DNA from: Candidatus Yanofskybacteria bacterium RIFCSPLOWO2_01_FULL_49_17
GTDB lineage: Bacteria; Patescibacteriota; Minisyncoccia; 2-02-FULL-40-12; GWA2-44-9
Length of the DNA: 49,335 nucleotides
Direction: 5' to 3'
NCBI GenBank assembly: GCA_001795695.1
Contig: MGKO01000008.1
Location: forward strand, 1,825 to 51,159
Made by a program: the position numbers and the translations under genes. How positions within the stretch are numbered: the stretch's first letter is position 1; every line of letters starts with the position of its first letter. The notes under the pieces were generated by a model that saw only the letters and a program-made list of their open reading frames with translations, ran no database searches and had not been told where the DNA came from. Of the stretch, positions 36,897 through 44,507 are shown piece after piece.

Positions 36897-36968
36897 CCGC
36901 CCGTAGTTCAATGGATAGAACACCGGACTTCTAAGCCGGTTATGTAAGTTCGATTCTTACCGGGCGGA
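36897..36968 (+). tRNA. tRNA-Arg (TCT)
   Basis: Acceptor CCGCCCG/CGGGCGG, D stem GTTC/GAAC, anticodon loop CTTCTAA, T arm GTAAG-TTCGATT-CTTAC. There is one A.G mismatch at the 31-39 pair. Confidence 0.8.
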
Positions 36969-36982
36969 CACTTTAGGAAAAT

Positions 36983-37053
36983 CGGAGCGTGGTGTAACGG
37001 TAGCACACGTGCTTTGGGAGCACGTAGTCCGAGTTCAAATCTCGGCGCTCCGA
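36983..37053 (+). tRNA. tRNA-Pro (TGG)
   Basis: Acceptor CGGAGCG/CGCTCCG, anticodon stem CGTGC/GCACG with loop TTTGGGA, T arm CCGAG-TTCAAAT-CTCGG. Confidence 0.85.
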
Positions 37054-37068
37054 CAAGTCGGAAAAAAT

Positions 37069-37139
37069 GCGGGCATAGTATAGTAGCAATACGATTCCCT
37101 TCCAAGGAATAATCGCGGGTGCAACTCCCGCTGCCCGCT
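37069..37139 (+). tRNA. tRNA-Gly (TCC)
   Basis: Acceptor GCGGGCA/TGCCCGC, D stem GTAT/ATAC, anticodon stem ATTCC/GGAAT with loop CTTCCAA, T arm GCGGG-TGCAACT-CCCGC (G at the usual U55 position). Confidence 0.8.
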
Positions 37140-37169
37140 CAAATTTTATTGATATGGTATACTCTGGCC

Positions 37170-37301
37170 ATGTCAGAACCTCTGGCGGTTAAGATAAGGC
37201 CTGAAAATCTGGATGAGTTCGTCAGTCAGCAGCACTTGGTCGGGCCCTCCGCTCCTAAAATGAAAATGCCTCCATGCGGAGGCATTTTCATTAAGTTATA
37301 A
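37170..37301 (+). pseudogene. 5' remnant of a rarA/mgsA-like (replication-associated recombination protein A) gene
   Basis: MSEPLAVKIRPENLDEFVSQQHLVGP matches the conserved RarA N-terminus (PLA..RP..L.EF.GQ.HL.G.). After ~27 codons the frame runs into the terminator hairpin, and no AAA+ domain follows. Confidence 0.55.
37262..37289. terminator. bidirectional terminator hairpin (also terminates hup)
   Basis: GAAAATGCCTCC-ATGC-GGAGGCATTTTC, a 12-bp perfect stem. Confidence 0.7.
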
Positions 37302-37326
37302 TTCCCGGATCCGAGATTTTAACTTT

Positions 37327-37620
37327 TTATTTCGTGGCGCCGACTGCTTCCTTCAAAAGCTTGCCCGCCGTGAATCTTGGCTTCTTGGAGGCCTTGATCT
37401 GGATGGTCTCGCCAGTGCGCGGGTTGCGTCCCTCGCGAGCTTTGCGGTCTGATACCTTGAAGATACCGAAGCCGGTGATATTGACCTTGCCGCCCTTGCG
37501 CAACTCGTTGGTGATTATCTCAACAAAAGCATCAACTGCTTCTCCACCCTGCTTTTTTGACATATTCAACTTTTCGCCGAGTACTGCACCTAGCTGACTC
37601 TTTTTCATTGCATTTGCCAT
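37327..37620 (-). CDS. hup: HU-family nucleoid DNA-binding protein
   Basis: ITGFGIFKVSDRKAREGRNPRTGETIQIKASKKPRFTAGKLLK is the canonical HU arm. Confidence 0.9.
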   Translation of the reverse strand: MANAMKKSQLGAVLGEKLNMSKKQGGEAVDAFVEIITNELRKGGKVNITGFGIFKVSDRKAREGRNPRTGETIQIKASKKPRFTAGKLLKEAVGATK

Positions 37621-37773
37621 ATTTTTGTTTGTTTTATTGATTATTTAAATAGTTTTCGACCCAAAACTATTATTTTACTTGGCTTTTTTAACCTGACTTT
37701 CCAATTCTCTAGGTTTTCCGCCAAAATTGCAATACCCCTGTTGATAATCTGTGATTTCCCGCCAATTTGACGT

Positions 37774-37811
37774 CAATTAAAACGGCCCGCGGTAGTGGGC
37801 CGTTTTAATTG
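37774..37811 (-). terminator. terminator hairpin after rny
   Basis: CAATTAAAACGGCCC (37774-37788) / GGGCCGTTTTAATTG (37797-37811), a 15-bp perfect stem. Confidence 0.5.
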
Positions 37812-37812
37812 T

Positions 37813-39345
37813 TTATCTGGCGTATTCCAAGGCGCGGGTCTCGCGAATGACGTTCACTTTTATCTCGCCCGGGTATTTCATTTCTTCCTCAATCTTGCGA
37901 GCGATGTCTTTGGCTAGTTTCATGGCTGCCAGGTCGTCCACTTGAGTCGGGGTGACGAAGACGCGCAGTTCCCGGCCGGCCTGAATGGCGTAAGATTTCT
38001 CCACGCCCTCAAACGAGCCGGCGATGCGCTCCAGATCGCCAAGACGCTTGAGGTATATCTCAATCGTGTCTCGGCGGGCGCCGGGACGGGCGCCGGAAAT
38101 GGCATCGGCGGCCTGGACGATACGAGCTTCTAAGATTGAGTATGGATACTCGTCATGATGGGCTTCCATGGCCTGAATGACCTTGGGGTCCATATTGAAC
38201 TTCTGCAATATCTTGCGGCCTATCTCTACGTGCGTACCTTGGACCTCATGGTCCACCGCTTTGCCCAGATCATGGAAAAGAGCGCCCTTTTTGGCCACTA
38301 TAACGTCAGCGCCCAACTCGGCGGCCAGCATGCCGGCGATATGGGTCATCTCCACCGAATGCATCAGTACGTTCTGCCCATAGCTGGTGCGGAATGCCAA
38401 ACGGCCTAACAGATAGGTCAGTTTCGGATCAACCGCGCCGATGCCGGTCTCAAACAAAGCCGCCTCTCCCGCTTCGCGTATCTTGTCGTTGATCTCGTTC
38501 TTGGCCTTCTCAACCATTTCCTCTATCTTGCCGGGATGGATGCGGCCGTCGGCGATGAGCTTCTCAATGGCAAGCTTCGCCACTTGGCGGCGGACTGGGT
38601 CATAACCGGAGACGATAAGCGCTTCCGGCGTGTCGTCAATGATGATATCCACCCCCGTCAGACGCTCAATGGTCTTGATGTTGCGGCCTTCTTTACCGAT
38701 TATCTTGCCCTTGACCTCGTCGGACGGCAGATTGACGACCGTGGTCATCGTATCAGAGATATGAGAACCGGCGTAACGCTGGATGGCAAGCGTGACCAGC
38801 TCGCGGGCTTTTTTATCCAATTCTTCCTTGCTTTCCAGTTCCAGTTTGCGCGTTTTTTGATAAAGCTCTTCCTTGGCCTCTTCCTCTATTTTTCTGACCA
38901 GTTCGGTCTTGGCCACCTCGCGGTCCAATCCGGCCACGCGCTCAAGCTCAGCAATCTGATGAGACAACGTCTCCTGGACTCGCTCTTTTAAAACCGACAC
39001 TTCTTGGGTTTTATGCTTAAGCGATTCTTTTTCGGTATTGAGCTCCTTATCTTTCTTTTCCAGCTCGTTTTCTTTCTTGGTCAGCAGATTCTCAATGCGC
39101 GAAAGCTGGGCCATCCGGTCCTTTTCTTCCTTCTTGGATTCCTCCAATGCTTCGAGGGACTTATTCTTGGCCTCAAGGAGAATGTCCTGGGCCTTGTTCT
39201 TGGCATCATTGATGATGCCTTGAGCTTTACTTTCCGCTTGAGTGGCCCGCAAGGCCGCCAAAACTTGCCGAATTATGTAACCGGCTGCCAGACCGAAGAC
39301 CAACGCCAAAACTTCCACCACGCGGGTAGGGATTCCGAATATCAT
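37813..39345 (-). CDS. rny: ribonuclease Y
   Basis: N-terminal TM, coiled coil, KH domain (GKIIGKEGRNIKTIE) and HD domain (HSVEMTHIAGMLA..LFHDLGKA). Confidence 0.9.
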   Translation of the reverse strand: MIFGIPTRVVEVLALVFGLAAGYIIRQVLAALRATQAESKAQGIINDAKNKAQDILLEAKNKSLEALEESKKEEKDRMAQLSRIENLLTKKENELEKKDKELNTEKESLKHKTQEVSVLKERVQETLSHQIAELERVAGLDREVAKTELVRKIEEEAKEELYQKTRKLELESKEELDKKARELVTLAIQRYAGSHISDTMTTVVNLPSDEVKGKIIGKEGRNIKTIERLTGVDIIIDDTPEALIVSGYDPVRRQVAKLAIEKLIADGRIHPGKIEEMVEKAKNEINDKIREAGEAALFETGIGAVDPKLTYLLGRLAFRTSYGQNVLMHSVEMTHIAGMLAAELGADVIVAKKGALFHDLGKAVDHEVQGTHVEIGRKILQKFNMDPKVIQAMEAHHDEYPYSILEARIVQAADAISGARPGARRDTIEIYLKRLGDLERIAGSFEGVEKSYAIQAGRELRVFVTPTQVDDLAAMKLAKDIARKIEEEMKYPGEIKVNVIRETRALEYAR

Positions 39346-39416
39346 AGGATTTAAAAGTTAAAAGTGTCATTGAAGATACTATACCCAAATAATCCTTGTT
39401 GTGCAAGTATTAACAA

Positions 39417-39450
39417 ATGACGCCCCGAGCGGGGACGCTCGGGGCGTCAT
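39417..39450 (-). terminator. 15-bp hairpin downstream of the 125-aa orphan gene
   Basis: ATGACGCCCCGAGCG-GGGA-CGCTCGGGGCGTCAT; a partial third copy GCTCGGGGCG follows. Confidence 0.45.
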
Positions 39451-39472
39451 TGCTCGGGGCGGTTATTGGAAG

Positions 39473-39850
39473 TCATTGACTTCCTCTCGGCTCCACCGGA
39501 ACAGTGCCGTCGAGTAATGCAGTTGGTTCCCCGCCCCGGTTCATGCGATGGTCAAGTGAGACGTCTTCGGCGCCGGACCATGACGCTTCCTTTCGATAGA
39601 GCTTGGTGAGAACTGCTTCGTTCATGGCCAGCGCATCCCCGCTTGGATGGCGGTAGGTCAACGCGAAGGCCTCCTGCCACCTCCGCTCAACCTCGGCCTT
39701 CTCCTGCTCGGTGAGCTTCAGGGCAAGAATTATCATGCCGACCTGCCACAGCCATTCACGCCGCTCCAAGACAACCTCGATGAGCGCCACAATGGCCTCA
39801 CCGTTAGACATTTCACGCCCTTCTCTTAACTCCCAAAACTTCTTTGACAT
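39473..39850 (-). CDS. hypothetical protein (G+C-rich orphan)
   Basis: 125-aa ORF with no recognisable motif and composition visibly G+C-richer than its neighbours. Confidence 0.5.
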   Translation of the reverse strand: MSKKFWELREGREMSNGEAIVALIEVVLERREWLWQVGMIILALKLTEQEKAEVERRWQEAFALTYRHPSGDALAMNEAVLTKLYRKEASWSGAEDVSLDHRMNRGGEPTALLDGTVPVEPRGSQ

Positions 39851-39955
39851 CTAGCACCTCAACTGGATATATTATACAAAAATACCATAAAAAAGCAAGC
39901 GTAAGAAGGACGACGCGGCTAGATTCTAAATTGCAAGTTATATATACTTTATCTA

Positions 39956-41500
39956 ATGAGACCGATTGTACTCACAATTTTGGATGGTTGGGGATATTCA
40001 AACCAAAAAGTAGGCAATGCCATCGCGACCGCCGGTACTCCTAATATTGACGATATCGCCCACAATTTCCCGTCAATGCTCCTACAAGCATCGGGTACGG
40101 CTGTCGGAATGAGCCAAGGCGAGGCGGGCAACAGCGAGGTCGGCCATTTGACCATCAGCGCCGGCCGGATAGTTTTTCAATATTTGAGCCGTATCAACAA
40201 AGCCATTGAGAATGGGGAGTTTTTCAATAACCAAACGCTTAAAGAAGTAGCGGCGCATATCCAAAAAAACAATTCTGTTTTTCATATTGCAGGCCTTCTA
40301 ACCTCCGGCGCGGTCCACGCCCACTATTCTCACATTATTGCCCTCGTAAAATTCGCTAAAGACAATGTCATCCCGTATCGTCTTCATCTTTTTCTTGATG
40401 GTCGGGATTCCGGTCTAAAAGAAGGCGCCGAGCTACTCAAAAAACTTTCCGCGGACCTAGGTGACCTGTCCTCATTGGCCTCCGTCATCGGACGCGACTT
40501 CGCAATGGACAGGAGCAATAACTGGAAACTGACCGAATCGGCGTATAATCTGCTGGTCAACGGCACAGGCAACAGCTCATCGGACGTTTTTGCGACGCTC
40601 AACGATTATTACAAACGAAACATCACCGATGCCGACATACCGGCAACGGTCATAAATTCATCCCCCATCAGACCAGGCGATGCGATTGTATTTTTTAATT
40701 TCCGGGAGGATTCAATGCGCCAGCTGGTCCGCGTCTTTACCGAGCCGGGCTTTGATATCTTCCTGCCGAAAGTTCCCGATAATCTCTACACCGCCGGCAT
40801 GACAAAGTACACAGAGTCAAAGGAATTGCACGCCATCATTCCCCCGCCGGAGATCAAAAATTGCCTGGCCGAAGTGCTGGCCGATAACGGCAAAAAACAT
40901 CTCCATATCGCCGAAACCGAGAAGTACGCCCACGTCACCTTCTTTTTTAACGGATTGCACAACAAGCCATTTGACGGCGAGACGGATATTTTTGTGGAGT
41001 CGCTGGAAGATCCGCTCCAAAATCCAGAAATGAAGGCGGCCGCGATAGCTGACAAGGTTTGCATCGAGCTGGACCGCGACGGCTACGATCTTTATGTCAT
41101 TAACTTCGCTAATCCTGACATTTTGGCCCATTTGGGCGTATTGGACGCAGCGGTCAAGGGGGTGCGGGCGGTGGACGCAGCCGTCGGTAAATTGAAAAAC
41201 AAGATATTAGAAAAGAACGGGGTGATGCTGATAACCGCCGACCATGGCAACGCGGAATCAATGATATATAAAGGCACCGGAGAAAAAGAAACACGGCACG
41301 ATGACAATCCTGTGCCGTTTTATCTGGTCGCTTCGGAGTACGCTCACGCTATCTCCCAAGAAAAGTTGGAGCAATCCCGCGCCTCCGCCGCGGGATTGCT
41401 CGCAGATGTCGCGCCCACCGTGCTGGCGCTGATGGGCCTGGTCCAGCCGGCCGAGATGACCGGTCAGAGCTTGCTTCAAGAATTAGCGGCTAACTCTTGA
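39956..41500 (+). CDS. gpmI: 2,3-bisphosphoglycerate-independent phosphoglycerate mutase
   Basis: RPIVLTILDGWGYS, GNSEVGH and ITADHGNAE motifs; 514 aa. Confidence 0.9.
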   Translation: MRPIVLTILDGWGYSNQKVGNAIATAGTPNIDDIAHNFPSMLLQASGTAVGMSQGEAGNSEVGHLTISAGRIVFQYLSRINKAIENGEFFNNQTLKEVAAHIQKNNSVFHIAGLLTSGAVHAHYSHIIALVKFAKDNVIPYRLHLFLDGRDSGLKEGAELLKKLSADLGDLSSLASVIGRDFAMDRSNNWKLTESAYNLLVNGTGNSSSDVFATLNDYYKRNITDADIPATVINSSPIRPGDAIVFFNFREDSMRQLVRVFTEPGFDIFLPKVPDNLYTAGMTKYTESKELHAIIPPPEIKNCLAEVLADNGKKHLHIAETEKYAHVTFFFNGLHNKPFDGETDIFVESLEDPLQNPEMKAAAIADKVCIELDRDGYDLYVINFANPDILAHLGVLDAAVKGVRAVDAAVGKLKNKILEKNGVMLITADHGNAESMIYKGTGEKETRHDDNPVPFYLVASEYAHAISQEKLEQSRASAAGLLADVAPTVLALMGLVQPAEMTGQSLLQELAANS

Positions 41501-41502
41501 AG
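41474..41502. repeat. 29-bp near-palindrome holding both stop codons of the convergent gpmI and 141-aa genes
   Basis: CTTCAAGAATTAGC-G-GCTAACTCTTGAAG (one mismatched pair). gpmI ends ..LLQELAANS* and the opposite gene ends ..KLQELAANS*. Confidence 0.85.
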
Positions 41503-41901
41503 TTTCCTGATCATTTGCTCAAAATCCTCCATTTCCTTTCGGATGGCGGCCCGAAGTTCCCCGCAAGTCATTGTGGCCCAAATCTTCCTTAGGGTCCGCA
41601 AAGAATTGATTCCGTCCCTAGCTCCGTATATTGCTTCAACAGGGATCTGGTATATATCACTAAGGAATTGGGCACGCACGTTGAGCAAATCGGCCAATTC
41701 ATCAACTCTGGTCTGGTTTCCAATCAGACGCCGACGCGAGAGGAGAATCACAACTCGGTCAAGGATCTGAATTTGGCACCGCCGGGTCCATCGTATTCTC
41801 AAAAGTACATCGTTTTTCTTTTGAGACCGTTCCTCCTCTGGGTTTGGGAGTTGGAATCCTTGAGGCAGAATACTGTAACTCTTGTCTCTTCGCCATTTCA
41901 C
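41476..41901 (-). CDS. hypothetical protein
   Basis: 141-aa ORF with a GTG start at 41901, GGAGG 5 nt upstream and TATAAT further upstream. Its 3' end overlaps gpmI by 25 nt. Confidence 0.55.
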   Translation of the reverse strand: MKWRRDKSYSILPQGFQLPNPEEERSQKKNDVLLRIRWTRRCQIQILDRVVILLSRRRLIGNQTRVDELADLLNVRAQFLSDIYQIPVEAIYGARDGINSLRTLRKIWATMTCGELRAAIRKEMEDFEQMIRKLQELAANS

Positions 41902-42007
41902 GTTCGCCTCCGCTAAAAACTATTATAATATTATTCCGCCGCCAATCCCATACGAAGTTGCGTTTGTGCACAAACGCACAATCTACTTCTTACGGGATAA
42001 ACCATTC

Positions 42008-43162
42008 TTACAGGATAATACCTCCTCCAATTAATTGTCCGCGAGAGTAGAACACGGCGGACTGGCCCGAAGTGACGGCTCGCTCGGGCTTTGAAAATTT
42101 TAATTTACCGTCTTTTGAAAGCATTGCTTTGTGCAAAGGAGCGCGATAACGGACGCGGACATCAAACTTTGCCGGAAGATTTACGGGCGAGATCCAGTTA
42201 ATATCAGATATCTTCGCCGAGTCCGATATGGCTGAAGCGTCATCACCGACATAGATGATATTATTTTTAATATCTTTCCCAATCACATAATACGGACCGG
42301 CGCCGGCTTTAATATCCAATCCGTGCCTCTGGCCGATGGTATAATAGTAAATGCCGTCATGGGACCCCATCATTTTGCCAGCTCTGTTATCTATTGGCCT
42401 ATTCGTACGAATAGGTAAGTAGATTATTTTTCCCTTTTTAGGTTTGATGTATTTTTTCAAAAATTCTTTCATGTCCAAGGGCCCAATAAAACACACTCCT
42501 TGACTATCTTTTTTGGCATGATTAGGCAAACCAAATTTCTTGGCCAGCTTGCGCACGTCCGGCTTCAGATAGTCGCCGATCGGAAACAGGCAATATTTCA
42601 ACTGCTCCGGCGTCAAAGTCCACAAAAAATAGCTCTGGTCCTTATTTTTGTCTTTCGCTTGCATTAATTCATAATGCGAATCTATAAATTTATCCGAATG
42701 CCGCGAATTCGGAGCATTCGTATTCATTCGTATATTTGGATTATGTCGCCGTAGGCGGACATAGTGTCCCGTGGCAATATGATCGGCCCCTTCTTTCAAT
42801 GCTTTTTTCAAAAATGATCCAAATTTTATTTCTTTGTTGCACATCACGTCGGGATTCGGCGTCCTTCCGGCCTTATACTCACGTATCATATAATCCGTAA
42901 CCGATTTTTTGTACTCGCGCGAAAAATCCCACGTCTTGAACGGTATGCCGATAACCGCCGCCGCGCGCAACGCATCTTCACGGTCTTTTTCCCAAAGACA
43001 GATGGTCCCCTTGGGCTGCCACGGCTTCATAAAAACGCCCACGACCCCGTGTCCTTGTTTTTTGAGCAATGCCGCCGCCACAGAACTGTCTACGCCGCCG
43101 GACATCGCAATATAAACCCTTCGCTTTCGCTCAGAGCGATCCTTTTTATTCATAGCTCGCAT
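42008..43162 (-). CDS. mnmA: tRNA 2-thiouridine(34) synthase MnmA (carries two repeat-derived insertions)
   Basis: PP-loop IAMSGGVDSSVAA, plus ATGHYVR, KDQSYFLW and TIGQRHGL motifs. Confidence 0.9.
   Translation of the reverse strand: MRAMNKKDRSERKRRVYIAMSGGVDSSVAAALLKKQGHGVVGVFMKPWQPKGTICLWEKDREDALRAAAVIGIPFKTWDFSREYKKSVTDYMIREYKAGRTPNPDVMCNKEIKFGSFLKKALKEGADHIATGHYVRLRRHNPNIRMNTNAPNSRHSDKFIDSHYELMQAKDKNKDQSYFLWTLTPEQLKYCLFPIGDYLKPDVRKLAKKFGLPNHAKKDSQGVCFIGPLDMKEFLKKYIKPKKGKIIYLPIRTNRPIDNRAGKMMGSHDGIYYYTIGQRHGLDIKAGAGPYYVIGKDIKNNIIYVGDDASAISDSAKISDINWISPVNLPAKFDVRVRYRAPLHKAMLSKDGKLKFSKPERAVTSGQSAVFYSRGQLIGGGIIL
42391..42428. repeat. palindromic element (core CCTATTCGTACGAATAGG) inside the mnmA CDS
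   Basis: 18-bp perfect palindrome at 42398-42415. It encodes ..YLPIRTNRPID.. and has a twin at 33155-33192 (intergenic). Confidence 0.8.
42665..42737. repeat. ~73-nt repeat element inside the mnmA CDS (twin of 21353-21438)
   Basis: 44/46 identity to the rplQ-rplM spacer over the first 46 nt. It has an internal hairpin CGAATGC-CGCGAATTCGGA-GCATTCG and encodes ..NPNIRMNTNAPNSRHSDKFIDSHYEL.. Confidence 0.8.
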
Positions 43163-43182
43163 ATTTTACAACAAAATAGGCG

Positions 43183-44472
43183 TTATGACGAGTGTTCCTG
43201 GAGGTATCTTAGTTTGACGAGATAGCCGCGGGTTTCGTTGGCCAGCCCGCCTTTCTTGGAGGTCAAAGCGTCTATCCAGTCCTCAACCGCGTGAAAGATT
43301 GAAGCAGCCAGGGACTTAGTTGTCCGGTTAGGCGAGCCATTGTACGAGGCGGCCAAATATTCCTCAAGGCGCGGGTCTTGGAGAACTTTCTGTCCGTTGG
43401 ATTTGATAAGGCCCTTCAAATTGTAGTCATAAAGCAATATGGCCGCTTTGATGGAATTCTCATGGTCAGCCGCTCCGGCCAAGAAATCTTTCATCAGCCC
43501 TGCCGACGGATATGTTTTGACGATCATCTTATATGTTCCCGGCGTGAACTGGACCCAGCCGCAGGCGCTGGATGAATTACAGGTGCCGGCAAAAGCGCCA
43601 GAGCCGTTGGCGCCGATGAGAGTGTAAATCCGGTCAACGGTCGTGTCGGGGTCCAATATGAACTCGGTCAGGTCTGATTGCTCCAAAAGCGGTATGCGGG
43701 CGAAGTATTCGGCTTTATCCTTCCAGACATCATGAACGGAAGAACCGGGGATTGATATTGAGCCAGTAGCGCTTTGCTGAAGCTCCGATAAGGCCTGGGC
43801 GACCATATCCCGGATATATCGCTTGCCGGCGTTAATAAGCTCCGGCTTGTGCAGGTCGGGGCTGTACGGGCTGTAGAACTTGTAATCAATGGTCTGGCTG
43901 ACGTAATAACTTCTTTTTCCTTTGACCACTCGGCTCATGGTTTTGTTCTTCTCGTCAGGATAGAGATTGGCAATGATGACGTTGTTCTCGGGATACTCAA
44001 CGCGATATGACGTATTCCAGGCATTCCAGTTGATACCATTGACTCGAGAAATAATGGTAATTTGCCAATCTGATGGAGCGATAAGCTCGGCTCCGCGCTT
44101 GGTTATCTTGAAAATAGAGATCTCACCGGTCTCGGTATTGAGCGCGGCTAAAGCTATTTCCCGTTCGGGGTCTTTAATAGTTTTTTTAGAAATAGAGCCC
44201 GTTGAACTTATTCTGTTCTCAACATAACTAATGTTGGCTGTGCCAACCTTAAGTGTCATGCCTGCCAGCATTTGCTTGGCCTCGGCTATCTTATCTTGAA
44301 AAGTCCACGCTGACGGGGCGGGTGTGGGCGACGGAGAAAAAACTACGCTTATGTCCAGGCCGTCCAGTAAAGAAAAAGCGCCCGCACTGCGTTGAAAAGC
44401 AAGACCAACGGCTAAAACAGCCACACCCGCCAAACCTAAAAGTATCAACCGAAATGACTTTTGGGATACCAC
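43183..44472 (-). CDS. hypothetical secreted/anchored protein, possible peptidoglycan-active C-terminal domain
   Basis: 429 aa with an N-terminal TM. The C-terminal CGWVQFTPGTY..AAILLYDYN is reminiscent of the transglycosylase G-x-x-Q-F/T-W neighbourhood (weak). Confidence 0.55.
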   Translation of the reverse strand: MVSQKSFRLILLGLAGVAVLAVGLAFQRSAGAFSLLDGLDISVVFSPSPTPAPSAWTFQDKIAEAKQMLAGMTLKVGTANISYVENRISSTGSISKKTIKDPEREIALAALNTETGEISIFKITKRGAELIAPSDWQITIISRVNGINWNAWNTSYRVEYPENNVIIANLYPDEKNKTMSRVVKGKRSYYVSQTIDYKFYSPYSPDLHKPELINAGKRYIRDMVAQALSELQQSATGSISIPGSSVHDVWKDKAEYFARIPLLEQSDLTEFILDPDTTVDRIYTLIGANGSGAFAGTCNSSSACGWVQFTPGTYKMIVKTYPSAGLMKDFLAGAADHENSIKAAILLYDYNLKGLIKSNGQKVLQDPRLEEYLAASYNGSPNRTTKSLAASIFHAVEDWIDALTSKKGGLANETRGYLVKLRYLQEHSS

Positions 44473-44507
44473 GCCTCCATTATATCATATGCCGCTCCGG
44501 CCGAACG

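Noticed and set aside
36908-37105. 65-aa minus-strand ORF, and the first 50 nt of plus-strand ORF 37119-37301.
   Set aside because: They overlap the hand-folded tRNA-Arg, tRNA-Pro and tRNA-Gly genes. Only the part of the plus-strand ORF from ATG 37170 shows protein homology (the rarA remnant).
36600-37320. Possibility of an integrated mobile element or genomic island at the tRNA cluster.
   Set aside because: There is no integrase, no direct repeat of a tRNA 3' end and no phage or plasmid genes. Only the truncated rarA hints at a past rearrangement.
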